From the NCBI GenBank assembly GCA_050015075.1, contig JBEKCB010000020.1:1-64000 (forward strand): a stretch of 64,000 nucleotides of DNA, in the 5' to 3' direction. Below the pieces are notes generated by a model. It was not told the origin of the DNA and made no database searches. It was given only the letters and a program-made list of their open reading frames with translations. The translations under genes and the position numbers were made by a program. How positions within the stretch are numbered: position 1 is the stretch's first letter; the number at the start of each line of letters is the position of its first letter. Below, piece after piece: positions 45,793 to 55,597 of this stretch. This DNA is from Candidatus Brocadiia bacterium (GTDB taxonomy: Bacteria; Planctomycetota; Brocadiia; CAIUPP01).

Positions 45793-47622
45793 ATGGTCCA
45801 TGGAAGTGCGACGCGGCGTTTTAATTCTGCGGCCGTTTCTTTCTTTTGCCTGCTCGCCGCGTCCGCCGTCGCTCTGGCGGATGCGAAAGTCGAAGAACAA
45901 CCCTTGAGCCCTGACGAGGGCGGCCTCGGCTGCGCCATCAGTTCGCACGGGGCGCATGCGGCCGTCCTGGCCGTCAAGGGCAGCCGCTTCGTCGTCCTGA
46001 TTGACGGCGTTGAAGGGCCTCGCATTGAAGAGCTGCTTTCAAGCATCCAGGGCGCCCCGGTTTCCGGCGGCTACTGGATCGGGCAGGTTCCGATCCTGTT
46101 CTCCGACGGCGGCGAACACTGCGCCTACGTGGCGAAATCGGGCGATGATTACATTATTATGCTGGACGGCAAGGAAGCGGGGCGCGGCCCGATTTCCACC
46201 GGGGGGCAGATCACGCTGCCTCTGACGTTTTCGCGCGGCGGCCGGCATTTCTTCTACATGAACCAGGATGACGCGGGCAAATACCATATCGTGGCGGACG
46301 GCCAGCCCGGTCCCGCGTGCTACATACCGATGCAGTTGGTCATCAGCCCCGACGGCGAGCATTATGCCTACGTCGGCTACGAGCATGACCGGGCGCAGAC
46401 CAAATGGGGCGTAGTGGACGGCCGCCAGGTCAACTTTTTCGGCGAAGAGCTGCAGTTCACCGGCCGGAACGTTCTCGTCAGCAAAATGAGCGGCGACGGC
46501 GCGAACATCCTCGTCCTGAACGGCAAGCCCGAGATCAAGGCGTACCAGCTCAGCCCGATGTGGATCTCTCCGGACGGCCGCCAGATCGCCATCGTCGTCA
46601 CGCCGCGGAGCGGCGATCCGAGCGAGTTCACCGTCAACGGGAAGGTCGTCCCGGATACGCAGGGACTGAGGGTTGACAGCCTGTATTTCAGCGCCGACGG
46701 CAAGCGATATGCCGCGCTCTGCGAGACCCGGACCGGCAGCAAGTTCATGATCGTGGACGGCAAGCGCGGCGAGGAATATCAGGACATCCCGAACAGCCTG
46801 ATTCCGGACACGCAGGCCCACTGGCGTTTCACGACCGCCAATGATCAGGTGACCGTCGCGAGCATGCAGCCGGTGACGCCGGCGTTCACCGCCGATTCCT
46901 CCAAGTTCGTCTATCTCGCCAAGCAAGGGGCGCGGTCTTTCCTGGTTGTGGATGGCCAGGAATCGAACGGCTTCGGGAACGTGATCTCGCTGATGTTGAG
47001 CTCCACCGGAAGCCGCGTCGGGATGCTGGCCGTCGCGCCCGACGGAAAGCAGCATGTGCTCGTGGACGACAAGGACCAGACGCTCACTTCGTTTCAGGCG
47101 GCGGGAGCGCAGCGGATCTCCTGCCTGACCTTCAGCCCCGGCCTGGCGCACTACGCTTACCTCTACGGCCAAAGGATCTGCCTCGACGGCGTCGCTCAGC
47201 CCGGCGTCATCAACGGCGCGTCCTACGTCTTCAGCCCCGATGACCAGCATCTCGCCTACCCGGCCGAGCTGGCGGACCGCGGATGCTTCATCATGGACGG
47301 CAAGGTCGTCGCCGAGGATGTGTACTCGGTCAATTATGCGTTCTTCAGCCCCGACAGCCGGCATCTCTATTGGGTCTCGTCGTGGAACCTCCGGGCCCAG
47401 GGAACCAAGGACGCACACATGCTCTGCGTCGACGGCAAACCGGCGGCTCACTATTCCGAAGCCGGCGGCGGATTGCCCGTGAACTTTGAATTCTCCGCCG
47501 ACGGCGTCCTGACGTTCGTGGCCCTCAAGGATGGGAAGCTCGTGCGCTTCCGCGTGACCCCGTCGGCCGACGCGAACGTCGGCACCATGCTGGCCGCCGC
47601 GCCGGTGGCCAAGGACAAGTGA
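45793..47622 (+). CDS. Secreted beta-propeller (WD40/TolB-like) protein
   Basis: Signal peptide and many FS(P/A)DG.H.AY...(V/L)DG repeats. Confidence 0.78.
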   Translation: MVHGSATRRFNSAAVSFFCLLAASAVALADAKVEEQPLSPDEGGLGCAISSHGAHAAVLAVKGSRFVVLIDGVEGPRIEELLSSIQGAPVSGGYWIGQVPILFSDGGEHCAYVAKSGDDYIIMLDGKEAGRGPISTGGQITLPLTFSRGGRHFFYMNQDDAGKYHIVADGQPGPACYIPMQLVISPDGEHYAYVGYEHDRAQTKWGVVDGRQVNFFGEELQFTGRNVLVSKMSGDGANILVLNGKPEIKAYQLSPMWISPDGRQIAIVVTPRSGDPSEFTVNGKVVPDTQGLRVDSLYFSADGKRYAALCETRTGSKFMIVDGKRGEEYQDIPNSLIPDTQAHWRFTTANDQVTVASMQPVTPAFTADSSKFVYLAKQGARSFLVVDGQESNGFGNVISLMLSSTGSRVGMLAVAPDGKQHVLVDDKDQTLTSFQAAGAQRISCLTFSPGLAHYAYLYGQRICLDGVAQPGVINGASYVFSPDDQHLAYPAELADRGCFIMDGKVVAEDVYSVNYAFFSPDSRHLYWVSSWNLRAQGTKDAHMLCVDGKPAAHYSEAGGGLPVNFEFSADGVLTFVALKDGKLVRFRVTPSADANVGTMLAAAPVAKDK

Positions 47623-47643
47623 CCCCTTGAACCTTCAAAGGAC

Positions 47644-48699
47644 ATGCCCATGAAAAAGAATGCGTTGCGCAGTCTGGCGTTGCTCGGATTGGCCTGGGGG
47701 CTCTGCGCCGCGCTGGCGGTGGCCGCGCCGCCGGAAACCCTGTCGCTGGCCGACCTCGCCAATCGGCCGGACCACTGGCCGGCCACGGTCACGCTCCAGA
47801 GGGATCTTCGTTTCACCAGCGGGCTCGTCGTCCACCAGGGCGGGCAGCTCCGGCTGGTGCGTTTCGACGGCTCGCAGGCGCTGGTGGCTGATGCCGCCGG
47901 TCATCTGTTCAAGGTCATGCCCGATGATTGCGGGCTGCTCGACGCCGCAAACCAGGCGTGGGCGGCGCTCACCCCGGCGCAACGGGCCGTCGCCCCGGAA
48001 ACGCTCGCCGGCGACCTTTCTCTCTGGCCCGTGCGGGTCGCCGTGAATTCCGAGATCTCCTGCACTTTGGGGAAGCTGCCCGCCGGGACTGAGGTGACGC
48101 TGCTGACGGCCTCCCAAAAGGGCGCGGACGTGGCCTGGCCGAATTCCGCCAATCGGCTTTCCATTGATTTCGGCAGCATTGACCTGATCGCGCGCGCGCG
48201 GCAACTGGCCCTGATCGCTCCGGACCAGCGCCCCTCGCGCATCGCCGCGGCCCTTCAAGGCATCCTCGTGGGCGCGGACGGAAAGCCGTATCACGACGAG
48301 CATCTAGGCGACAAGAAGATCTTCGCGCTCTATTTCGGCGCCGGCTGGTGCCCGCCCTGCCAGGTCTTCTCGCCGGATTTCGTGAAATTCGTCCATGACG
48401 CCATGCCCCGGCATCCCGAGCTGGCGGTCGTCTTCCTGAGCTCCGACAAGCAAGTCGCCGACATGCTCGCCTACATGCAGAAGGAAGAAATGACTTTCCC
48501 GGCCGTGCCTCCGAAAGTCTTGACTCATTCGAACCCGCTCTCGGATTACGAGGTCCAGCTCATCCCGCACCTGATCATCGTGGACCGTTTCGGAAAGGTG
48601 CTGGCCGACAGCGATGACGGCCACGGCAATCGCATTGACCCGATGGACACGGTCGCGGCCCTCGGCAAAATCCTGGCGGCTCCGCCGAGCGCACAGTGA
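47644..48699 (+). CDS. Secreted protein with a C-terminal tryparedoxin/nucleoredoxin-like thioredoxin domain
   Basis: LYFGAGWCPPC..F.P, VVFLSSD and IPHLIIVD; signal peptide. Confidence 0.8.
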   Translation: MPMKKNALRSLALLGLAWGLCAALAVAAPPETLSLADLANRPDHWPATVTLQRDLRFTSGLVVHQGGQLRLVRFDGSQALVADAAGHLFKVMPDDCGLLDAANQAWAALTPAQRAVAPETLAGDLSLWPVRVAVNSEISCTLGKLPAGTEVTLLTASQKGADVAWPNSANRLSIDFGSIDLIARARQLALIAPDQRPSRIAAALQGILVGADGKPYHDEHLGDKKIFALYFGAGWCPPCQVFSPDFVKFVHDAMPRHPELAVVFLSSDKQVADMLAYMQKEEMTFPAVPPKVLTHSNPLSDYEVQLIPHLIIVDRFGKVLADSDDGHGNRIDPMDTVAALGKILAAPPSAQ

Positions 48700-48777
48700 T
48701 CGCTCCGCTGCTGCGCATAGCATAGAGCAGGAGCGCGACGCCTTCTCCTTTTCTGGCGCCCCGTTTTACTTGGCGCC

Positions 48778-48824
48778 CCGCGGCACAACTACGTATTGCG
48801 TAGTAGTGCCGCGGTTTTTCTTTT
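48778..48824. terminator. Intrinsic terminator between convergent genes
   Basis: CCGCGGCACAACTACG-loop-CGTAGTAGTGCCGCGG followed by TTTTTCTTTT. Confidence 0.6.
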
Positions 48825-48877
48825 GATACTTTGCTCTGGTGGGGCAGTGCGCTAAGTCGCGCGCCCGCGGCGCAACG

Positions 48878-49072
48878 TCACCACGGCCATCTGTCCTCGA
48901 GTGGTTTGTAGAGACGATAGAGCCACGTATCCGTCTGCGGGTGCGACTGCTCTTTCGCCACGTCCAGCAGTCCCGAGTAGTGGAGAAAAAGGAACCCGGC
49001 CAGGTAGAGCACGCATAGTGTGGCAAGAAGCAGTATGAGCTTCCTCAGAGCCAGGCCGCGGCATCTTCTCAT
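48878..49072 (-). CDS. Small single-TM hypothetical protein
   Basis: One hydrophobic segment, then LYRLYKPLE; follows the 49094 gene closely. Confidence 0.4.
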   Translation of the reverse strand: MRRCRGLALRKLILLLATLCVLYLAGFLFLHYSGLLDVAKEQSHPQTDTWLYRLYKPLEDRWPW

Positions 49073-49093
49073 TGGGATCCGGTGATACACGGC

Positions 49094-50563
49094 CTACTTC
49101 CAAGTCGTCTCCGCCGGCGGAGTTTTCTCTCCATCCGGGCCCGGCGGGATGTGGTCGCGATATTTGCGCCACATTTCCATCATGAATGAATCCCACGTCT
49201 GCCTTTGCCAGCAATAGTCGGGATAGGTCAGTCCGCCGGCAGGATAGGGACGAAAATTGGTTTGGGTCTGGATGGTCTTCAGGAACTGCGTATCGTCCTC
49301 CGTCATCCAGCGATCCACATAGCTGAAGAACGCGTCATGGTCCCAGTATTTTTCCGCATGCATAAGCCTGGCCGCCAGGGCTTCGCCCATCCATGCAAGA
49401 CTCGTGCAGCCGCGGCGGTACGCTTCGTTCATGCCGGGCTCCTCCGGGTCAATCGGCCAGTCCTTGGGCTGAAGATGTTCGTACTGGCCCCAGCCGGGCG
49501 TTTTCGTATTGACATCATGCCCGTTCTTGTCAACTCCCATATGCCCCGCATAAACCACCTCCGCTCCGGTCCAGCAGCGCCTGTACAAGGTCTGCATGTC
49601 TTCCCCGAACTGGCAGTTTGGGTAACTCTTGTTAGGCGACGCCATTGCGTCGTCGCCCAGCATGATCCCGGCAAATACAATCGGCCACTTCCTTCCCGAC
49701 CCATGTCCGCCGTGAGCCTGCCAGCCGTGGAAGCCTGCTCTCACAATACCCCACAGATCAATTCCGTTCTGAACGAAACCAATCAGGAGCTTCTCTTTTT
49801 TCGCCGGCGGCAGATCGGTCATTAGAATCAAGCTGGCCAGGCTGGCGGACCGGGCTAACTCTCTTCCATACTGGGGCTGGTATTCCATCGGGGCGTCGAA
49901 GGAAAAGAAAACCAGATCGAGCCACACGCGGATGTAGTGATCCTCAATCTCCTTCATCGTCACCATATCCTGCTCGGTGCTGAAAGTGTCTTTGCCGTAA
50001 GGCAAACTGGGCAAAAGGTTCCTTTTTAGATTGCTTGCCCGGTAGATTTTCTGGGACCGGTCGCAATAGGACGGACGAAAGGCATCCGCCGGCACAGCCG
50101 CAGCGAGACAAGTGAGCACGCAAGCGCTTTTCACCGGGCAGGGCGACTTGTCGGCCCTTCGAAGCCAGTTAGGAAGTTTCCCGAATTCAGCATCGGTCGC
50201 GCTGATCGTGGAGATCAGCGCATCGCCGGGCTTCATGTGAATCGGGAGAGAAGCGCACATCTTGGCGTCAAAACGACCTCCCTCTTCACGACTGTCATAT
50301 CCGCTGGCGCCGTCCGAAAGCGGCGGATTCAACTCGCTTCCATTTCGCCCGTTTCCCGGCGGAGGAGTGATTGAAACCACTTCACAGTTCCCCACAACAT
50401 AATAATCGCCGGTGACAAACCGCCCGACCTCAACCGGTTCACTTAGTTTCCATGTGATCCCGTATTGGGTAATGGTGTCCGTTTTCTCAGCGCGGGCGTT
50501 CTGACTGAACACACCTAACAGAATGGCTGCGATGATCGCAACTGCGTACTTAGATACGCGCAT
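49094..50563 (-). CDS. Secreted hypothetical protein (lower GC)
   Basis: Clear signal peptide (ARA), GGAGG Shine-Dalgarno and a 489-aa open frame. No recognised family. Confidence 0.75.
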   Translation of the reverse strand: MRVSKYAVAIIAAILLGVFSQNARAEKTDTITQYGITWKLSEPVEVGRFVTGDYYVVGNCEVVSITPPPGNGRNGSELNPPLSDGASGYDSREEGGRFDAKMCASLPIHMKPGDALISTISATDAEFGKLPNWLRRADKSPCPVKSACVLTCLAAAVPADAFRPSYCDRSQKIYRASNLKRNLLPSLPYGKDTFSTEQDMVTMKEIEDHYIRVWLDLVFFSFDAPMEYQPQYGRELARSASLASLILMTDLPPAKKEKLLIGFVQNGIDLWGIVRAGFHGWQAHGGHGSGRKWPIVFAGIMLGDDAMASPNKSYPNCQFGEDMQTLYRRCWTGAEVVYAGHMGVDKNGHDVNTKTPGWGQYEHLQPKDWPIDPEEPGMNEAYRRGCTSLAWMGEALAARLMHAEKYWDHDAFFSYVDRWMTEDDTQFLKTIQTQTNFRPYPAGGLTYPDYCWQRQTWDSFMMEMWRKYRDHIPPGPDGEKTPPAETTWK

Positions 50564-50593
50564 GGTCGCCTCCTGCTATAGAACCCCGGGATA

Positions 50594-51361
50594 TTATCGC
50601 GTAAAGATGAGGTTCTGCACCTTCCCTTCGGTATAGTCAATGATGTCGGCATTGTGCAAGGTCCAGCCGGCCGCGAAAAACAGGCTCTTGACCCGCGACG
50701 CGACGTCCTGGTACATGCAGACCTCGATCAGCACGCTCTTCAGGCGGGCGTCGTTCAGCACGCGGGCCGCGCCGCGGGCGACCTGCTCCTCGAGCCCGTC
50801 CACGTCCACCTTGATATGGGTCGGAAAAGGCAGGCCGAACCGGCCGGTCAGGTCGTCGAGCGAGACGCCCATCATGCCCTGGCGGTTCTTCGGAGTGAAG
50901 GGCTTCTCGCACTGCGTGACGGGCCGGCCATACGTGTGGAGCGAGGCGCCCGGCGCGAAGGACTTCACGTAGAAGAAGTCCATGCCGGTCTGGTCCGTGA
51001 TCGCCAGGCAGTGAGCGGTTACGGCTTCCGATAGGCCGTTCAGGACGATGTTCCGGTTCAGCCGGGCGTAATTGAGGGCCTCCGGCTCGAAGGCGAGCAC
51101 GCGGCAGTTCCCGTTCAATCGCTTGGCCGCATAGAGCCCGTACTGGCCGATATTGGCGCCGACGTCATAGAGGACGTCGCCCTCATGCACAAATGAATCT
51201 ATCCACGCGATCGTGTCGGGCTCCTTGGTGGCGTAGGTGTCCGCGCGCCAGCGCTCGAAGCTCATCGTCTCGCCCGGCCAGACTTCCGAATCCACGTGCA
51301 GAAGGACGGACACGTCGCCGATCCTGCACGATACGACATCGCCCATCTTGTCTGCGGCCAT
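50594..51361 (-). CDS. FkbM family SAM-dependent methyltransferase
   Basis: KEPDT..WI, YDVGANIGQY, AFEP and HIKVDVDG.E. The ORF-track extension to 52057 overlaps the next gene and was trimmed. Confidence 0.88.
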   Translation of the reverse strand: MAADKMGDVVSCRIGDVSVLLHVDSEVWPGETMSFERWRADTYATKEPDTIAWIDSFVHEGDVLYDVGANIGQYGLYAAKRLNGNCRVLAFEPEALNYARLNRNIVLNGLSEAVTAHCLAITDQTGMDFFYVKSFAPGASLHTYGRPVTQCEKPFTPKNRQGMMGVSLDDLTGRFGLPFPTHIKVDVDGLEEQVARGAARVLNDARLKSVLIEVCMYQDVASRVKSLFFAAGWTLHNADIIDYTEGKVQNLIFTR

Positions 51362-51378
51362 CCCCGGAACTCCTAATA

Positions 51379-53385
51379 TTACGTGACAACCAGTTCGATG
51401 ACGGTCGGCGGGCCCGCGCGCCGGAAGGCGCTGACCGCGCGGACTTCCAGCCGGTTCGCGCCTTGGGTCAACGGCCACTCCAGGCATTCGTCCGTCCGCT
51501 CCCACGATTCGGCCTCCGTTGCAACCGTTGCCGGGCCGCGCTTGACCTCGTAATGGGTGAAGTTCGGCATCGCGTGCTCGAAGCGCACTTCCAATACGCC
51601 GGGCCGGCGCGTCTGCTGGAGGTACGCGCGCACGCGGCCGACCGTCCAACAGAAATCGCTGCGGCGCTGCGTCTGAAGGGAATGCTCCGGGTACTTCGGG
51701 TTCGCCGCATCCGTCCACCAGAGGAAGCCGTTCCAGTGGTAGTGGTCGGTGCCGTGCGCATGCTCGACCGGGGCCGGTTCGACGAGGTAGTCGTTCCGCA
51801 GGCAGAGGGCGAAGCGGCAGTAGATCTTCATCGAGCTTTCCAGCGGCTTGCAGATGTACTCGCTGGAGCTGAAGACGGGAGTCGGGCCGCTGATGACGTT
51901 GGGGAGCCGCGGCTGCCAGGGCGCCCGCCAGACGCGCTGCGTCAGTCGCTCGCCGCGTCCCAGGCGGACGGCCTCGTGAAGCTCCAGCGCGTTGATGGGC
52001 CGGCCGTCGAGTTCCCAGATGAAATTGTTGTCGCCGGCGGAATCCATGAGGATCCACTTGCCGAGTTCATCCACCCAGACCTCGTTGAGGCAGTGGTGGT
52101 CAATGACGATGATGCGCGCGTGGAAGCCCAGCGCGCCGGCGCAGGCGGCGTAGAGCGCCGACCAGTGCGTGCACATGCCGAAGCCCCAGTTGTTCTTGAC
52201 CGTATCGAGGATCTCGAACGGGTCCCAGGACGGGCAGTACGGGAAATCGCGGCTCTGCCAGCCGAACCACTGTTTCCAGCACCAGTCGCGCAGGAGGCAG
52301 AGGCGCTCCAGGTCGGTCTTGCCGCGCGCGATGACGTCGTCCAGGCGGTATTGCCTGACCAGGCGCTGCGCGCGCGGGTTGGGCGCCATCCACTCGAAGG
52401 CGTAGGAGCTGCGCGCCAGCTCCGGGCGGTCCCAGTGCGCGATCCGGCAATCGGCGGCGGGCTGCGCCACCTTGATCTCCGGCTTGAGCGTGACGCGCGA
52501 GACGACCGGCGTCGCGTCGAGCCGCCGGCTCGAGAGCGTCGCGCGCCATTGCACAAAGCGGCCCGGCCGATCGAGCCGCGCGACCGGGCGCCAGGCGGAC
52601 CAGCTCTTCGGGTCGAACGCCGGCGTCGGGCCGCTGCGCATCTCGAAGAGGACGGCCGTCCCGGCCGGCGCGGTGCGGCGCGCCTCCAGTCGGCAGGAGC
52701 GGATTTCCATCACCGGCGCAATGCGCCCTGCGCCGTCCGGATCGCCCAGGTCCGCCACGGGCGAGGTCAGGCTGGCCGCAACCGGATGGCCCATCGCGCG
52801 CAGGCGGACGAGGTACTCGCCCGGCTGGTTCCGGTTCGGCCCGGCGGCGTTGAAGTGCCACGTCCGGCCGCCGTTGAAACTGCGGAGGCTGCGGCCGCCG
52901 GCGCCGGCGCCCGCCAGGGTGGATTCCGAGAGATCGCCGCCGGAGAAGGCCGACGCTTTCGCCGGCAGGCCCGAGGCGGACTCCAGGTAAAGCCAGCCGT
53001 GCCCGGCGAAGACCACCTCGTTGCGCCCCGCTTTCAGGAAACGTCCCGGCACGGAGCAGCGGTCCCACCCGCCGGTCAGGAGCCGCGCCACGCGCTGCTG
53101 ATGCGCGATCTTGTGGCCGTTGACGAGGATCGTCCAGAGCGCATCGCTGTCGGCGGGCGGCTGGTTGACGAACCACAGGAGCGTGGCGTCCTTGATTCTT
53201 CCGGGCGACGGCAAATCGAAAAGGACCTTCGCCCACTGCGCGGGCGTGATGTCGTCCCGCAGCCCGAGCTTCTGGGCCTCTTCATTGTGGAAGAGGACGG
53301 TGGGCGCGAGCCGCGCTTCGCGTCCGCCCTTCGTCAACTCGACGCCGGCGTCGCGCAGGCAGTCTTCGAATCGGCAGCCGATCAT
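51379..53385 (-). CDS. Transglutaminase-like domain protein with N-terminal beta domains
   Basis: Cys-His-Asp triad pattern GMCTH...LG..AR...HCLNEVW...KWILMD. Confidence 0.78.
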   Translation of the reverse strand: MIGCRFEDCLRDAGVELTKGGREARLAPTVLFHNEEAQKLGLRDDITPAQWAKVLFDLPSPGRIKDATLLWFVNQPPADSDALWTILVNGHKIAHQQRVARLLTGGWDRCSVPGRFLKAGRNEVVFAGHGWLYLESASGLPAKASAFSGGDLSESTLAGAGAGGRSLRSFNGGRTWHFNAAGPNRNQPGEYLVRLRAMGHPVAASLTSPVADLGDPDGAGRIAPVMEIRSCRLEARRTAPAGTAVLFEMRSGPTPAFDPKSWSAWRPVARLDRPGRFVQWRATLSSRRLDATPVVSRVTLKPEIKVAQPAADCRIAHWDRPELARSSYAFEWMAPNPRAQRLVRQYRLDDVIARGKTDLERLCLLRDWCWKQWFGWQSRDFPYCPSWDPFEILDTVKNNWGFGMCTHWSALYAACAGALGFHARIIVIDHHCLNEVWVDELGKWILMDSAGDNNFIWELDGRPINALELHEAVRLGRGERLTQRVWRAPWQPRLPNVISGPTPVFSSSEYICKPLESSMKIYCRFALCLRNDYLVEPAPVEHAHGTDHYHWNGFLWWTDAANPKYPEHSLQTQRRSDFCWTVGRVRAYLQQTRRPGVLEVRFEHAMPNFTHYEVKRGPATVATEAESWERTDECLEWPLTQGANRLEVRAVSAFRRAGPPTVIELVVT

Positions 53386-53426
53386 GATTTCTCTCCGAGG
53401 GAATCGGGGGACGTACGACAGAGCGC

Positions 53427-53473
53427 ACTATATCTGCGGGCGGCGGCGGTGTCAAGAAAATCGAGAACAGGGC
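53427..53473 (-). promoter_or_regulatory. Repeated promoter cassette, copy 4
   Basis: Minus strand TTGACA-CCGCCGCCGCCCGCAGA-TATAGT, with an upstream flank similar to copies 2 and 3. Confidence 0.65.
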
Positions 53474-53477
53474 GCGA

Positions 53478-55412
53478 CTACGACGCCGGGAAGGAGATGC
53501 TCTTGACGACGCGGCGCGAGAGTTTGAGTTCGCCGAGGTCCGGGCTCTTGCCGATGACGAACTCGTCGGTGATCGCCTCCACGTCAAGCGCAAAACGGCT
53601 GCCGCTGGTCTCCACGAAGGCGGCGGCGGTTTCGGCGGCGGGCGGCTTCTCGGCCTTGGCCGGGAATGTGATGGCGACGACGCGGTCGGGGCTGACCTTC
53701 ATCGGGCCGAATTCCGTCGTGTAGACGAAGCTGCCGTCCGCGAACTCGACCTGGCCGGCGCGCACGATGTCGCCGTTCGTGAGGTAGCTGAGAATCTCGC
53801 CGGGCTTCGGGCCGGCCATCGGGTGCTCCGGCGCGGGCAAGCCGCAGTACACGGACAGGCGGTGGAGGTCCAGCGGCCGCGTCGCGCCGAAGATGACGTA
53901 TTCTCCCGTCCTGGGGCCTTGGGGCGTGGTGATTTCGGCGACCTGCTTGCCGTTGTACCATGCTCCGGCGTAGCCGTCCGACGGGTCGTACGTCACCTTG
54001 ATCCGAACGCGCTCCTTGGCCGCCGCCTGCGTCAAGCGCTGGCGCGGCCTGGGCGGAGACCACGCCTGCCCGTCGTTGTACACGACGAACATGGCCGACG
54101 GAATGATATGGAGCATGATGCCGTTCTGAATCTCCATCTGCGGATGCGCGCGGTCGGCGAAAAGCTGGATGTGGAGCGGTGTGAAGGGCGGCGCCGAGTC
54201 GTAGTCGGCGATGAGCGTCACGGGCTTGTCCTGGTGCAGCGGCAGCGAGAGGATCGCCTGGTATTGGCCGCCGGGCGTCCCGCCGGAAAGGTGCAGGAGG
54301 CCGTTGCTGAAATTGCAGCTTCCCGCGAGCAGTTCCCAGGGCTTGAGGACGCCGGTCTCGAAACGGCTGTCGAGCCAGAAGCCGCTCAAGGAGATGTTCG
54401 ACAGGAGCCCGCGCGGGATGGAGACGCGCCCGAGCGACGGAGATTCGATCTCGAGCGTCTCGGCGGAGAGCGAGACGATCTTGCCGCTGATCTGGTCGCC
54501 GTTGTTCAGGAAGAACCGCGAGGGAGCGGCGTCCACCTCCGTCCACGCCAGGTCCAGCCGCTGCACCTCGTCGGCGCCGAAGCTGACGTCTTCGGCGAAC
54601 GTGGGCGAGGAGAACCGGATTTTTCCGTCGGCGAGGCTGAGGAGGTTGCCGTTGATCAGGTCGTCGTTGCGCAGGCAGACCGCGTCGCCGCCCAGGACCG
54701 GCGGCGCCTTCGGAGCGGGGCCGCAGAGCTTGAACAGGCCGAAGTCGGCCGATTTGCGAAGGTCGCGGTGCACCGGGTTCCAGGCCATGTCTTTCACGGG
54801 GGCGCCGGGACGAACGCGGCAGATGTTGCCGGCGTACGTGATTCCTTCCTTGAGCGGAAACGCGATGCTCGGCAGCGGAATGGCCGCCTCGATCACCCAC
54901 TCGGCGCCGTGCACCCGCACGGCGGAGTCGAAGCCGGCCTGCTGCAGGCGCAGCCAGCGGTCCCCCGGCGCATTCTCCGACCGGCCCTCCTCGATCCATT
55001 GGCCCACGCGGCCGCCCGCGGGGTTCAGGAAGATCTGGAGGAAGGCGGCGGGCTTGTCGGACGACGCGAGCAGGATCTCGATGTGGTCGTCATTGACGAT
55101 CCGCGGATCGTGCCCGGTGATTTCGGCATGGATCGCCTGGGGCCTGGGTTCCTTGCAGCGGACCGCCACGTAAAGGAACCTCTCGTCCCAGGCCATGGCG
55201 AACTGCGTCTGCACGTCCGCCGCGGCTCCCTGGGGCCCGGTGAAATCGCCGCTCCAGGGCGTCGCGCGCCAGATGTCGTCGCGCACGTCGCCGTCAATGA
55301 ACGGCGGATGGTCCGTCTGAAAAACCTGGTACTCGCGCGGCGCCGCCAGGGCGGTGGCGCCGAGGAGGCATGCGGCGGCCAGGAGGATTCCATTCAGGCG
55401 CGGCTTCGACAT
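53478..55412 (-). CDS. Secreted CBM9/DOMON-like + NGD-module protein (paralog of 35214)
   Basis: PFIDGDV.D.IW, TQFAMAWD..FLYVAVRC and DHIEI, followed by NDDLING, NGDQISG and NGDIV. Confidence 0.72.
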   Translation of the reverse strand: MSKPRLNGILLAAACLLGATALAAPREYQVFQTDHPPFIDGDVRDDIWRATPWSGDFTGPQGAAADVQTQFAMAWDERFLYVAVRCKEPRPQAIHAEITGHDPRIVNDDHIEILLASSDKPAAFLQIFLNPAGGRVGQWIEEGRSENAPGDRWLRLQQAGFDSAVRVHGAEWVIEAAIPLPSIAFPLKEGITYAGNICRVRPGAPVKDMAWNPVHRDLRKSADFGLFKLCGPAPKAPPVLGGDAVCLRNDDLINGNLLSLADGKIRFSSPTFAEDVSFGADEVQRLDLAWTEVDAAPSRFFLNNGDQISGKIVSLSAETLEIESPSLGRVSIPRGLLSNISLSGFWLDSRFETGVLKPWELLAGSCNFSNGLLHLSGGTPGGQYQAILSLPLHQDKPVTLIADYDSAPPFTPLHIQLFADRAHPQMEIQNGIMLHIIPSAMFVVYNDGQAWSPPRPRQRLTQAAAKERVRIKVTYDPSDGYAGAWYNGKQVAEITTPQGPRTGEYVIFGATRPLDLHRLSVYCGLPAPEHPMAGPKPGEILSYLTNGDIVRAGQVEFADGSFVYTTEFGPMKVSPDRVVAITFPAKAEKPPAAETAAAFVETSGSRFALDVEAITDEFVIGKSPDLGELKLSRRVVKSISFPAS

Positions 55413-55597
55413 AGTTTTCCGTCCCTTTTTGCGACCGGATTGCCCATCATATCATAAGGCGCGCGCGAATTGAACCGGGCGGTCCGCTCTTCATCGCGCG
55501 GCGCGCTGACATTTGGACAGGAGACTTCGGCGAGTGTGGAGCTTTGCGGCGGATGGCGATCAGCGGGGAACGGACGATCTGCGCGCCGGCGGACGAT

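Noticed and set aside
48783-48808. NrdR-box-like sequence
   Set aside because: It lies in a hairpin followed by a T-tract between convergent genes, with no ribonucleotide reductase gene nearby. A terminator is the better explanation.
51362-52057. Long N-terminal extension of the FkbM ORF
   Set aside because: It overlaps the transglutaminase-like gene in another frame and is low-complexity and Arg-rich. The start was moved to 51361.
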